Shown piece by piece: positions 10,699 through 18,566 of a stretch of DNA of 64,000 nucleotides. Source of the DNA: Rhodothermales bacterium (lineage in GTDB: Bacteria > Bacteroidota > Rhodothermia > Rhodothermales > VXPQ01); NCBI GenBank assembly GCA_951812335.1, contig OX638293.1, positions 2,120,731 through 2,184,730 on the forward strand. The letters are read 5' to 3'. The notes under the pieces are model-generated. The model saw only the letters and a list, made by a program, of their open reading frames with translations, searched no databases and was not told where the DNA came from. Numbering within the stretch: the stretch's first letter is position 1; every line of letters begins with the position of its first letter. The position numbers were made by a program, and so were the translations under genes.

Positions 10699-11873
10699 AC
10701 GGTTTCCAGCGCTTGTTCGAGGTCTGCAAGAATATCGTCGATGTCTTCCGCGCCGATGGACAGGCGGACCAACCCGTCCGTGATGCCCAGTTGCGCCCGG
10801 CGTTCGGGCGAGAGCATCCGGTGCGTAGCACTGGCCGGGTGCAACGCCAGCGTGGCCAGATCCCCAATGCTGGCCGACGTAGCGGCAAGGCGCAGCCGGT
10901 CCAAAAAAGCGTAGGCCCCCTCCTGCCCGCCGCGTACATCGACGCCTACGGCGCCGCCTGCCTGTCCCGCAGGGAACAGTCTCGCTACGACTTCTCCGTC
11001 CGGGTGATCCGGATTTCCCGGATACAGGATCCGCTCGATGGCCGGATGCCCGGTCAACTCCTTAGCCACTAGCCGGGCGTTTTCGCAGTGCCGTCTCATG
11101 CGCAGCGATAGCGTCTTGATCCCCCGCATGACCAAAAACGCCTCGAACGGCCCCGGATTGGGGCCGAGGCGCCGGTACACTTGTCCGAGCGCTTCGCGAT
11201 GCTCTTCCTGGGCAACCACTGCGCCCGCCAGTACATCCCCGTGACCTGCAAGGTACTTGGTAGCGCTGTGGATGACCATGTCGGCGCCATGCTCCATGGG
11301 TTTCAGGAGCAGGGGCGTGAACGTGTTGTCCACGAGAAAAAGCGCGCCGGCGTCGTGGGCAATCTCTGCGAGACGGTCCAGATCCGCGACACGCAGACAC
11401 GGGTTGGACAATGTCTCCATGATGAGCAGGGCGGGGCGGGTTTCGCGCACGGCTTCGTGCACCGCCTCCAGGTCGCAAAAGTCGCAGAACCGAACATCGA
11501 TCCCCGACGGCCTCAGTACGCTTGAGAGCAGTTCGAGACTACCTCCATAGAGCACATCGGCGGCCACAATCGACCGACGGCGATCCAGGAGCGCTGTCAT
11601 GATAGCGAGGTGCACCGCCCCCATACCAGAAGCTGTGGCGAACGCTCCGTCCATGCCTTCGAGCATGGCGATCTGCTCTTCGAGCGCTCCTGCACTGGGG
11701 TTGCTTATCCGCGAGTACACCTCTCCGGTGCGTTCCTCTGCGAACACCTCGGCAAGGTCCTCTATGCGTTCGTAGAAGAAACTCGACGAAGAATAGACAG
11801 GGGTCGCCACAGGGATATAGTCGCCGAGCCGCTTGCGGTCACCGGCGTGCACCAGCGAGGTCTGGAGCTTCAT
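10695..11873 (-). CDS. Cys/Met-metabolism PLP-dependent enzyme (cystathionine gamma-synthase/beta-lyase/sulfhydrylase family), paralog 1
   Basis: 392 aa with HSATKYLAGH and TSLVHAG, collinear with the neighbouring paralog. Confidence 0.85.
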   Translation of the reverse strand: MKLQTSLVHAGDRKRLGDYIPVATPVYSSSSFFYERIEDLAEVFAEERTGEVYSRISNPSAGALEEQIAMLEGMDGAFATASGMGAVHLAIMTALLDRRRSIVAADVLYGGSLELLSSVLRPSGIDVRFCDFCDLEAVHEAVRETRPALLIMETLSNPCLRVADLDRLAEIAHDAGALFLVDNTFTPLLLKPMEHGADMVIHSATKYLAGHGDVLAGAVVAQEEHREALGQVYRRLGPNPGPFEAFLVMRGIKTLSLRMRRHCENARLVAKELTGHPAIERILYPGNPDHPDGEVVARLFPAGQAGGAVGVDVRGGQEGAYAFLDRLRLAATSASIGDLATLALHPASATHRMLSPERRAQLGITDGLVRLSIGAEDIDDILADLEQALETV

Positions 11874-11878
11874 CCGCC

Positions 11879-12748
11879 CTATCTGACAAGCGTCATGGTT
11901 TTTGTCAGTGCCTTGGCGCCGCGGCCGATCGTCAGGCGGTAGAGGTAGTTTCCGGTCGGCAATCCCCCGGCGTCGAACCTGGCCCTGTGCTCCCCTTGCG
12001 GCAGTACGGAATCCACGAGGATTGCGACAAGTCTGCCGGCCATATCGTACACTTCAAGGCGGACGGGACCGGACTCGTCCAGATAATAGACAATCTCCGT
12101 GGACGGATTGAACGGGTTCGGATAGTTCTGGGCCAGCGTAGAGGTTTCGGGAAGCTCGTCCGCACGATCGACGGACGTGCTTGCCCTAACGTTATCTACA
12201 CTTGGCGCCTTTGCGAAGATAATGGAAACCGTACCCTCATCCGGAGTTATTCGGTCAATTAACGGAGCAAAGGCGGCATATTTCGGCGGGAGCAGCGATA
12301 CAAGGGGCTTAATCGTGTCTATGAATGCATTTATCGCACCGATCTCCATCACAAGAGTCATATCGGCATCGCCATCGAATGTATAATGAGAACGTAATGG
12401 AGGAAGAGTCGCCAGAAGAGGTATTGTTAACGTAAGGGTATCTGCCGCCTCGTCTACCTCAAAGGCAATCAATCTCTGAATCGATATGTCGTCTGCCCAT
12501 ATATCGTGGGTCAGTGAAAGATACACGTCGAGCGAATCGCCGCCAGGATATTCCCGGAATGTGATGAAGCCCGTATTCAGGTATGCTTCTATATTCCCGG
12601 ATCTGTCCCCCGAATCGTCCCGTATCTCCGATAGTTCCCAGGTTCCCGCCAACCTTTCCTTATCGGACAGGGTCTGCGCAAAGGCGGACCATGATACCGA
12701 TAACATGACAGGCAGCGTTATCAAAAAAGCAAGCGATTTCCTGATCAT
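11879..12748 (-). CDS. secreted protein of unknown function with T9SS C-terminal sorting domain (paralog A)
   Basis: 289 aa with signal peptide (..WSAFAQ) and C-terminus NYPNPFNPSTEIVYYL..LEVYDMAGRLV..YLYRLTIG..KTMTLVR, a type-A T9SS CTD. The N-domain has a lipocalin-like GTWEL motif. Confidence 0.8.
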   Translation of the reverse strand: MIRKSLAFLITLPVMLSVSWSAFAQTLSDKERLAGTWELSEIRDDSGDRSGNIEAYLNTGFITFREYPGGDSLDVYLSLTHDIWADDISIQRLIAFEVDEAADTLTLTIPLLATLPPLRSHYTFDGDADMTLVMEIGAINAFIDTIKPLVSLLPPKYAAFAPLIDRITPDEGTVSIIFAKAPSVDNVRASTSVDRADELPETSTLAQNYPNPFNPSTEIVYYLDESGPVRLEVYDMAGRLVAILVDSVLPQGEHRARFDAGGLPTGNYLYRLTIGRGAKALTKTMTLVR

Positions 12749-12949
12749 GGCTTTCGGATCCTAATGTGTGATCGATCCAAACGGATGGGAATCCTTCGGC
12801 GTAACGCCCTGCCCGGACAAATGCCCAATGTTTTCCCCGCCCTGCATGGCAGTCCCTCAGGGAAAATACCACAGTGCAAGAAGGGTTGCAAAGCAAGTGC
12901 ACAACTTTTCACGCCGCTTTCCGGGCTTTAGTCGGACCGCACACCGTAT

Positions 12950-13127
12950 GGCAACGAACAAATATTCCCGATGTTCCGGAGTTGTTCGCGAAGGCTCTCA
13001 AGAATGCACGGCGCGATTCCGCCTCCCTTGCCGGCTTCGTCATTCCTTTCCGGCTCGACGGCAGCAGCCCCATTCCGGGATCGAACGTGCGACGCAAATC
13101 GTCTTCCCGGGAAGATATCCTGAATCG
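12950..13127 (-). pseudogene. dead duplicate of the purM 3' end (about 180 nt)
   Basis: DNA aligns with purM 14246-14425, for example gttgttcgcgaaggctctcaagaatgcacggcgcgattccgcctcccttgccggc versus gttgttcgcgaaggttctcaaggatgcgcacggcgcgatccgcctcgcttgccggc. There is a ~20-nt insertion and frameshifts. ORF 12909..13097 retains RRTFDPGMGLL versus purM RRTFNLGMGLL. Confidence 0.8.
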
Positions 13128-13171
13128 ATAAGATAAAGAAACGGGGGCTCTTTTCTCATATCCATATACCC

Positions 13172-14011
13172 CTATCTGACAAGCGTCATGGTTTTTGTCA
13201 GTGTCCTGGCGCCGTTTCCGATGGTCAGACGGTATACGTAGGTTCCGGTCGGCAACCCCCTCGCGTCGAACAGGCCCCTGTGCTCCCCTGGCGGCAGTAC
13301 GGTATCCACAAGGGTTGCGATACGTTTGCCGGCCATATCGAACACTTCAAGGCGTACGGGACCGGACTCGTCCAGATAATAGATTATCTCCGTGGACGGA
13401 TTGAACGGGTTCGGGTAGTTCTGGGCCAGCGTCGAGGTTCCGGGAAGCTCGCCCGCACGATCGACGGACGTTACCCCCTTGCCTTCGACACGTGCGAAGG
13501 TAAAGGAAGCCGTACCGACATAGGGATCCAATTCGTCAAGTATCGGAACGAGGCCCGCCGCCCCAACCAATGATGCAAAAGGCTTAATCCCTTCTATAAA
13601 TCCATTTATAACAAGGCTGTCCATGACAAACGTCACCCGGATATCGCTGTCGAAGACATAATGAGAAGGTATATCGCCTGCCAATGTTACTGCTCTAAGG
13701 GTATCCACCGCCTCGTCTACCTCAAATGCAAGCAAACCCGTAACCGAGATGTCCTCTGTCGATATATCGTCCTTGGGCGAAAAAAACAAGTTGAGTGAAT
13801 CGCCTTGCGGCGTTTCAAGGAATGTCATAGTGCCCAGGTCCAGGTATTTGTCTATTTCGCCGGACCGGTCCCCCGAATCGTCCTGGATCGCCGATAATTG
13901 CCAGGTTCCCAGCAACATTTCTCTATCGGACAGGGTCTGCGCAAATGCGGACCAAGGCGATAGGAGCATAACGGATAGTGCGATCAAAAAAGCAAGCGAT
14001 CTGCTAGTCAT
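13172..14011 (-). CDS. secreted protein of unknown function with T9SS C-terminal sorting domain (paralog B)
   Basis: 279 aa with signal peptide, the same architecture and a near-identical CTD (NYPNPFNPSTEIIYYL..YVYRLTIG..KTMTLVR). It is a tandem paralog of 11879..12748. Confidence 0.8.
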   Translation of the reverse strand: MTSRSLAFLIALSVMLLSPWSAFAQTLSDREMLLGTWQLSAIQDDSGDRSGEIDKYLDLGTMTFLETPQGDSLNLFFSPKDDISTEDISVTGLLAFEVDEAVDTLRAVTLAGDIPSHYVFDSDIRVTFVMDSLVINGFIEGIKPFASLVGAAGLVPILDELDPYVGTASFTFARVEGKGVTSVDRAGELPGTSTLAQNYPNPFNPSTEIIYYLDESGPVRLEVFDMAGKRIATLVDTVLPPGEHRGLFDARGLPTGTYVYRLTIGNGARTLTKTMTLVR

Positions 14012-14200
14012 GGTTTTCCGTCTCGATGTGTTGCCAAACAGGGAAAACGCACGGAGCCCTGTGCCGCAACGCGCTTCTCCGGCAAGTGCTTGTCATTCAT
14101 TGTCATTGTCCATGGTTGGACTATTGCGCCAATATAGCGCATCGAAAGAGAATTGCAAAGGAGGGGCGCATACCGGGCAAGGAACAACGAGCGCCCCTTA

Positions 14201-14212
14201 ATCAGAGTATCC
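14201..14212 (-). repeat. solo copy of 12-nt motif GGATACTCTGAT (inverted)
   Basis: Exact reverse complement atcagagtatcc, 31 nt downstream of the purM stop. Confidence 0.7.
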
Positions 14213-14242
14213 TTAAACAGTGACTCCGCCCCGCCAACCCGT

Positions 14243-15241
14243 TTACAGCGAACGAATTCTCCCGATCTTCCGGGGTTGTTCGCGAAGGTTCTCAAGGATG
14301 CGCACGGCGCGATCCGCCTCGCTTGCCGGCACGACGGCAAGCAGCCCCATCCCAAGATTGAACGTGCGGCGCAAATCGTCTTCCGGGACATCTCCGAGAT
14401 CCCGGATCAACTGGAAAAGAGGCGGGCGCTCCCAGGCATCGTAGTCGATGTCGAAGGTCAGGCCGTCCGGGATAATGCGCGGCGTATTGCCGGGAATGCC
14501 GCCTCCCGTAACGTGTACGAAACCCCGCCCCACCCCTTGTTCGAGCAGGGCGCGGATAGGCCTGAGGTAGGACCGGTGTACAGCGAGCAGCGCCTCGCCG
14601 ACACTCGCCCCGCCCAGTTCCTCCGGGCAATCCCCGGGATCGAAATGCGAAAACAACACGGTGCGGGCCAGCGAATAGCCGTTCGTATGCAGGCCGGTCG
14701 AGGGCAGGCCCAGCAGTACATCCCCCGCCTCGATGGCCGATCCGTCGACGATCTGCGCCTTTTCGACCACGCCCACGATAGCGCCGGCGAGATCGTACTC
14801 GCCCTTGCTGTAGAGACCCGGCATTTCCGCCGTCTCTCCTCCGATCAGCGCACACTCGTTCTCCTTGCATGCGATCGCCATGCCCCGAACCACCGATTCC
14901 GCCACATCCGGATCGAGCGTGCCCGTCGAGAAATAATCCAGAAAGAACAGCGGCCGGGCCCCGCACACGGCGATATCGTTTACGCAGTGGTTGACCAGGT
15001 CCTGGCCCACGGTGTCGTGGCGGCCCGTACGGAACGCCACCTTGAGTTTCGTGCCGACCCCATCCACCGAGGAGACGAGCAGCGGGCGATCGTACCCGTC
15101 GCCCAGTTCGAAAAATGCGCCGAATGCGCCGATATCCGCAGCTACACCCCTCGTGAAGGTCTCCCGCACGAGCGGTTTGATCCGGCGCAAGGTTTCTTTG
15201 CCTGCGTCGATGTCTACCCCGGCGTCGCGATACGTAGTCAT
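14243..15241 (-). CDS. purM: phosphoribosylformylglycinamidine cyclo-ligase (AIR synthetase)
   Basis: 332 aa with YRDAGVDIDAG and SSVDGVGTKLKVAF, typical PurM motifs. Confidence 0.9.
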   Translation of the reverse strand: MTTYRDAGVDIDAGKETLRRIKPLVRETFTRGVAADIGAFGAFFELGDGYDRPLLVSSVDGVGTKLKVAFRTGRHDTVGQDLVNHCVNDIAVCGARPLFFLDYFSTGTLDPDVAESVVRGMAIACKENECALIGGETAEMPGLYSKGEYDLAGAIVGVVEKAQIVDGSAIEAGDVLLGLPSTGLHTNGYSLARTVLFSHFDPGDCPEELGGASVGEALLAVHRSYLRPIRALLEQGVGRGFVHVTGGGIPGNTPRIIPDGLTFDIDYDAWERPPLFQLIRDLGDVPEDDLRRTFNLGMGLLAVVPASEADRAVRILENLREQPRKIGRIRSL

Positions 15242-15256
15242 TACTTTTTTCTGAAG

Positions 15257-16120
15257 TTATCCGCGTGAACGGAAGGTGGTGCGCCCGAACCTCGCCTGAA
15301 TACGGACCTGCATCCGGCTTCGGGTCGAAAGCGCAATCGGCCTGGCCCATACATCGTACTCACGCCGACGAATTTCGTGCAGAACTTCCAGCGCACCCAG
15401 CCACCACCGCTTGAACGCAGCGGCCTTGCGGCGCGGCAATTCGAGAGCAAGAGGCTCGGCCAATGCAAAAGCGTTCTTGGCCCGAATGGTTTGCTTCCAC
15501 AAAAGCCGTTTCATGGATTCGTCCACCCGCCCCTCGAGTAGTTGCTCGCGCGAAACGCCGTGCCGGACAAGATCGGTCTCGGGAATAAAACAACGTCCTT
15601 CGGCCACATCGCGTTTCAGAGCCATAAGACGACCCGTCCAGAAAAACCCGCGAGCCAATTCGTCAATGTAGTTGCGCTGCCACGATCCGAAGATGCCTGC
15701 AAGGTGGGCAAGCAGGCGGGCATGCGGAAAAATCCATTGAGCCATGAAATCGTTGACCGCGCGGTCGTCCGGAAAACGTGCAGGCCCCGCCCATACCCGG
15801 GCCGCCGATACCTGCTCGGCCAGCAAGGCGCGAGGCAATCCTTCCGCCTCGCAAGTGGCAAGCGCCTGGTTCGCCACAACCTCCGGGACGACACGGAGCG
15901 GCTTACCCACCATAATACGATCAGATTCCTCGTCGAAAAAGGCGTCGGCAGGAGACCCGGACGGCGAAGCGGACGGTAAGGCAAGCAACAAGGCGGGCCG
16001 GGCAAGCGCCTGGTGAAAATTCCATAGGGCCTGGGCATGGGGAAGTTGCTTCCGGTTCCAGCCATCGAGGTAGAATGGCATGGGCAGGGAATCCGGGATA
16101 TCGGGTGAAGAAACCGGCAA
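15257..16120 (-). CDS. squalene/phytoene synthase-like protein with degenerate second Asp-rich motif
   Basis: 287 aa. LMALKRDVAEGRCFIPETDLVRHGVSREQL aligns with the phytoene synthase region NIxRDVxEDxxxGRxYLPxExLxxxGV, but the DxxED motif reads DVAEG with a short deletion. Confidence 0.5.
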   Translation of the reverse strand: MPVSSPDIPDSLPMPFYLDGWNRKQLPHAQALWNFHQALARPALLLALPSASPSGSPADAFFDEESDRIMVGKPLRVVPEVVANQALATCEAEGLPRALLAEQVSAARVWAGPARFPDDRAVNDFMAQWIFPHARLLAHLAGIFGSWQRNYIDELARGFFWTGRLMALKRDVAEGRCFIPETDLVRHGVSREQLLEGRVDESMKRLLWKQTIRAKNAFALAEPLALELPRRKAAAFKRWWLGALEVLHEIRRREYDVWARPIALSTRSRMQVRIQARFGRTTFRSRG

Positions 16121-16165
16121 GGAAAAGGATGTATTGTTTTCGGTGCGGTTGCCGATCTTACTATA

Positions 16166-16207
16166 GGATACTCTGATTAAGTCCGCAAAGCTCAGAGGCT
16201 GAGAGGG
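16166..16207 (+). repeat. truncated copy (first 42 nt) of the 190-nt intergenic element
   Basis: ggatactctgattaagtccgcaaagctcagaggctgagaggg, 7 nt downstream of the thrC stop. Confidence 0.75.
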
Positions 16208-16213
16208 ATCGCA

Positions 16214-17524
16214 CTATGCCACAAGATACGGACGCAAGGCCTCAACAGAGGGTGCTATTTCCTCGAATGCCGTACCCTGCGCCCCGATCGCCGCCAGCCG
16301 GTCGGGCGCATCCGGTTCGAAACCGAGTGCAGCATGCACCGTCTCGGGAAACTTGGCCGGATGCGCCGTAGCAAGCACCACAACCGGCTCCTGCAGCGCA
16401 CCGAGTTCGCGCTGACGGCGTACCGCTTCGAGGCCCACCGCCGTATGCGGATCGGCCACATAACCGGTGGCCTCGTAGACCCGCCGCATGGATGCAACCG
16501 TATCTTCGTCGAGCACACGCTCCGCACGTATCAGCCGCTGCATAGTTGGACGATCCAGCAAGGCCTGGAGCCTTTCGAAATTGCTGGGCGCACCGACATC
16601 CATCGCATTGGAAAGGGTTCGAATCGTGGGTGCGAAACCGGCGTCTTTTCCGGATAGAAAGCGGGGGAAAAAGTCGTTGGCGTTGTGCGCCGCAAGAAAA
16701 CCCGCTACCGGCAACCCGGACAAGTGCGCAAGCACTCCCCCCGTCAGGTTGCCGAGGTTGCCGCTCGGCACGCAAAACCACGGTTTTTCTGCAGGGACCC
16801 GGCTCGCCGCGAGCACATAATACATCATCTGCGGCAGTAACCGGCCGACATTGATGGAATTGGCGGAAGAAAGGCCTGCCCCGGCGAACGCCGGATGCAC
16901 AAACGCTTCTTTCGCAATGCGCTGGCAGTCGTCGAAATCCCCGGCTACGCGCAGCGACTGTACGCCCGGCCTTGCTGCAATCAATTGCTGTTCTTGTACC
17001 CGGCTTACCTTGTCCTTCGAATAGAGCAGTACGACCCGGATCCGCTCCTGTCCGGCGAACCCGTCGGCCACGGCGCTGCCCGTATCGCCCGATGTGGCCA
17101 CAAGGATCGTCGCCCTTTCGCTCCGCTGCTCCAGAAAATAACCCATCCAGCGAGCCATGGTCCGCGCCCCGAAATCCTTGAAGGAGAGCGTAGGGCCATG
17201 AAACAGTTCCAGTACGAAGGTATCGCTCCACGGCCCACCCTCCGTTGGAGCAAGTGGCACGATAGGTACTGGAAAATCGAATGCATCCCGGACAATGCGT
17301 TCCTGATCGGGAGCGGGAATTTCCTCGCCGACCCAGCCTTCGAATACCTTGCAGGCCATGTTCGGGAGCGTATCTCCCTCGAATATGCGCGCAAAGGATA
17401 TGCGAGGTGGATTTTGGGGCACATACAAGCCCCCGTCGGGCGCCAGACCTCGCAAGAGCGCATCCCCAAACGATACGGTTTCCGTATCCGGCGTACTGCG
17501 CGTGCTGCGGTAAGGAGTCGGCAT
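16214..17524 (-). CDS. thrC: threonine synthase
   Basis: ORF 16214..17581. The likely start is MPTPYRSTRS at 17524 (436 aa), 7 nt after the thrB stop. The PLP site FHGPTLSFKDFGA is present. Confidence 0.9.
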   Translation of the reverse strand: MPTPYRSTRSTPDTETVSFGDALLRGLAPDGGLYVPQNPPRISFARIFEGDTLPNMACKVFEGWVGEEIPAPDQERIVRDAFDFPVPIVPLAPTEGGPWSDTFVLELFHGPTLSFKDFGARTMARWMGYFLEQRSERATILVATSGDTGSAVADGFAGQERIRVVLLYSKDKVSRVQEQQLIAARPGVQSLRVAGDFDDCQRIAKEAFVHPAFAGAGLSSANSINVGRLLPQMMYYVLAASRVPAEKPWFCVPSGNLGNLTGGVLAHLSGLPVAGFLAAHNANDFFPRFLSGKDAGFAPTIRTLSNAMDVGAPSNFERLQALLDRPTMQRLIRAERVLDEDTVASMRRVYEATGYVADPHTAVGLEAVRRQRELGALQEPVVVLATAHPAKFPETVHAALGFEPDAPDRLAAIGAQGTAFEEIAPSVEALRPYLVA

Positions 17525-17531
17525 GAACTCG

Positions 17532-18503
17532 CTACGCGGGCTGTTGCACGCGCACGTTGTGCTCCACCATATCGACGACACCCGTATCGTTCACTTCGGC
17601 TACCACGCCTTCGGCCTCGACCCGCTCGGATACGCTTGCCGCCAGCATGGCGTCCCGTATCGAAACGGCTTGTTCCGCGGAGGGCGCAAGGGCAAACATA
17701 GCCGGCCCCGAACCGGTCAGCGCACATCCGAACGCACCGGCTTCGAGGGCAGCGCTCCGTACGGCACGATAACAGGGCACCAGAGAAGCTCGCACCGGCT
17801 CCACCAGGCGATCCCGCATCATGCACTGCCCGACGGTTTCCCAATCGCCACACCGGTATGCATCCACCAGAAACGCCAATTCGGAAGCGTTGCCGGCAGC
17901 GTCCTTGAGCGGTACACGATCCGGCAACATCTCGCGGGCCTGCCTGGTGAACACCTGCACCGCAGGAAGAATAAGGGCAATATGAAGCGAACCGGGCAGT
18001 TCTATACGCCGGTAGCGAGAGGCATCGCTCGACGAAACCAGAATAAGCCCCCCCAGCAATGCGGGAAGCGCATTATCCCCATGCCGCCCGCCGGAAGCGA
18101 TATCTTCAGCCTCGAGTACAGCCTCGATAAGAGCTTCTTTTCCGAAAGGCCGCCCGAAAAGCATGTTCACGGCCCAGGCGCCGGCCACCGCGCTGGCTGC
18201 AGAGCCACCGATACCGGATCCGAGCGGAATCCCTTTCGTGAGCGTAAGCTCTACTCCTTCGTCCGTGCCGAGCAAATCCAACACCCCCTTTGCCGCAATG
18301 ACCGCGGTGTTCTTTGCGGAATCCTCGAGCACCTCCCAGGGCACGGCGCCCGGCTCATGCTTGAGCCGGATACCAGGGTATTCCGTACGGCGCGCCCGAA
18401 TCACATCGCCGATCCCGGAAATGCACAAACCAAGCGCATCGAACCCCGGTCCGAGATTGGACAAGGAAGCCGGGCCAAAAACATTTATATGACGAAATGG
18501 CAT
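17532..18503 (-). CDS. thrB: homoserine kinase
   Basis: 323 aa with GHMP kinase motif GIPLGSGIGGSAASAVA and N-terminus FGPASLSNLGPGFDALG. Confidence 0.9.
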   Translation of the reverse strand: MPFRHINVFGPASLSNLGPGFDALGLCISGIGDVIRARRTEYPGIRLKHEPGAVPWEVLEDSAKNTAVIAAKGVLDLLGTDEGVELTLTKGIPLGSGIGGSAASAVAGAWAVNMLFGRPFGKEALIEAVLEAEDIASGGRHGDNALPALLGGLILVSSSDASRYRRIELPGSLHIALILPAVQVFTRQAREMLPDRVPLKDAAGNASELAFLVDAYRCGDWETVGQCMMRDRLVEPVRASLVPCYRAVRSAALEAGAFGCALTGSGPAMFALAPSAEQAVSIRDAMLAASVSERVEAEGVVAEVNDTGVVDMVEHNVRVQQPA

Positions 18504-18566
18504 GTGAATTTTTACCTTATATTAAAGGGTATAAAGCCTTGTTATAGAACGCTTTATCGTAAAAAT

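Noticed and set aside
14012-14216. Possible third, inverted, full-length copy of the 190-nt element ending at the 14201 motif
   Set aside because: Apart from the terminal 12-20 nt and a few short matches (gtcattc.., gggaaaac), the alignment to the reverse complement of copy A is not convincing by eye.
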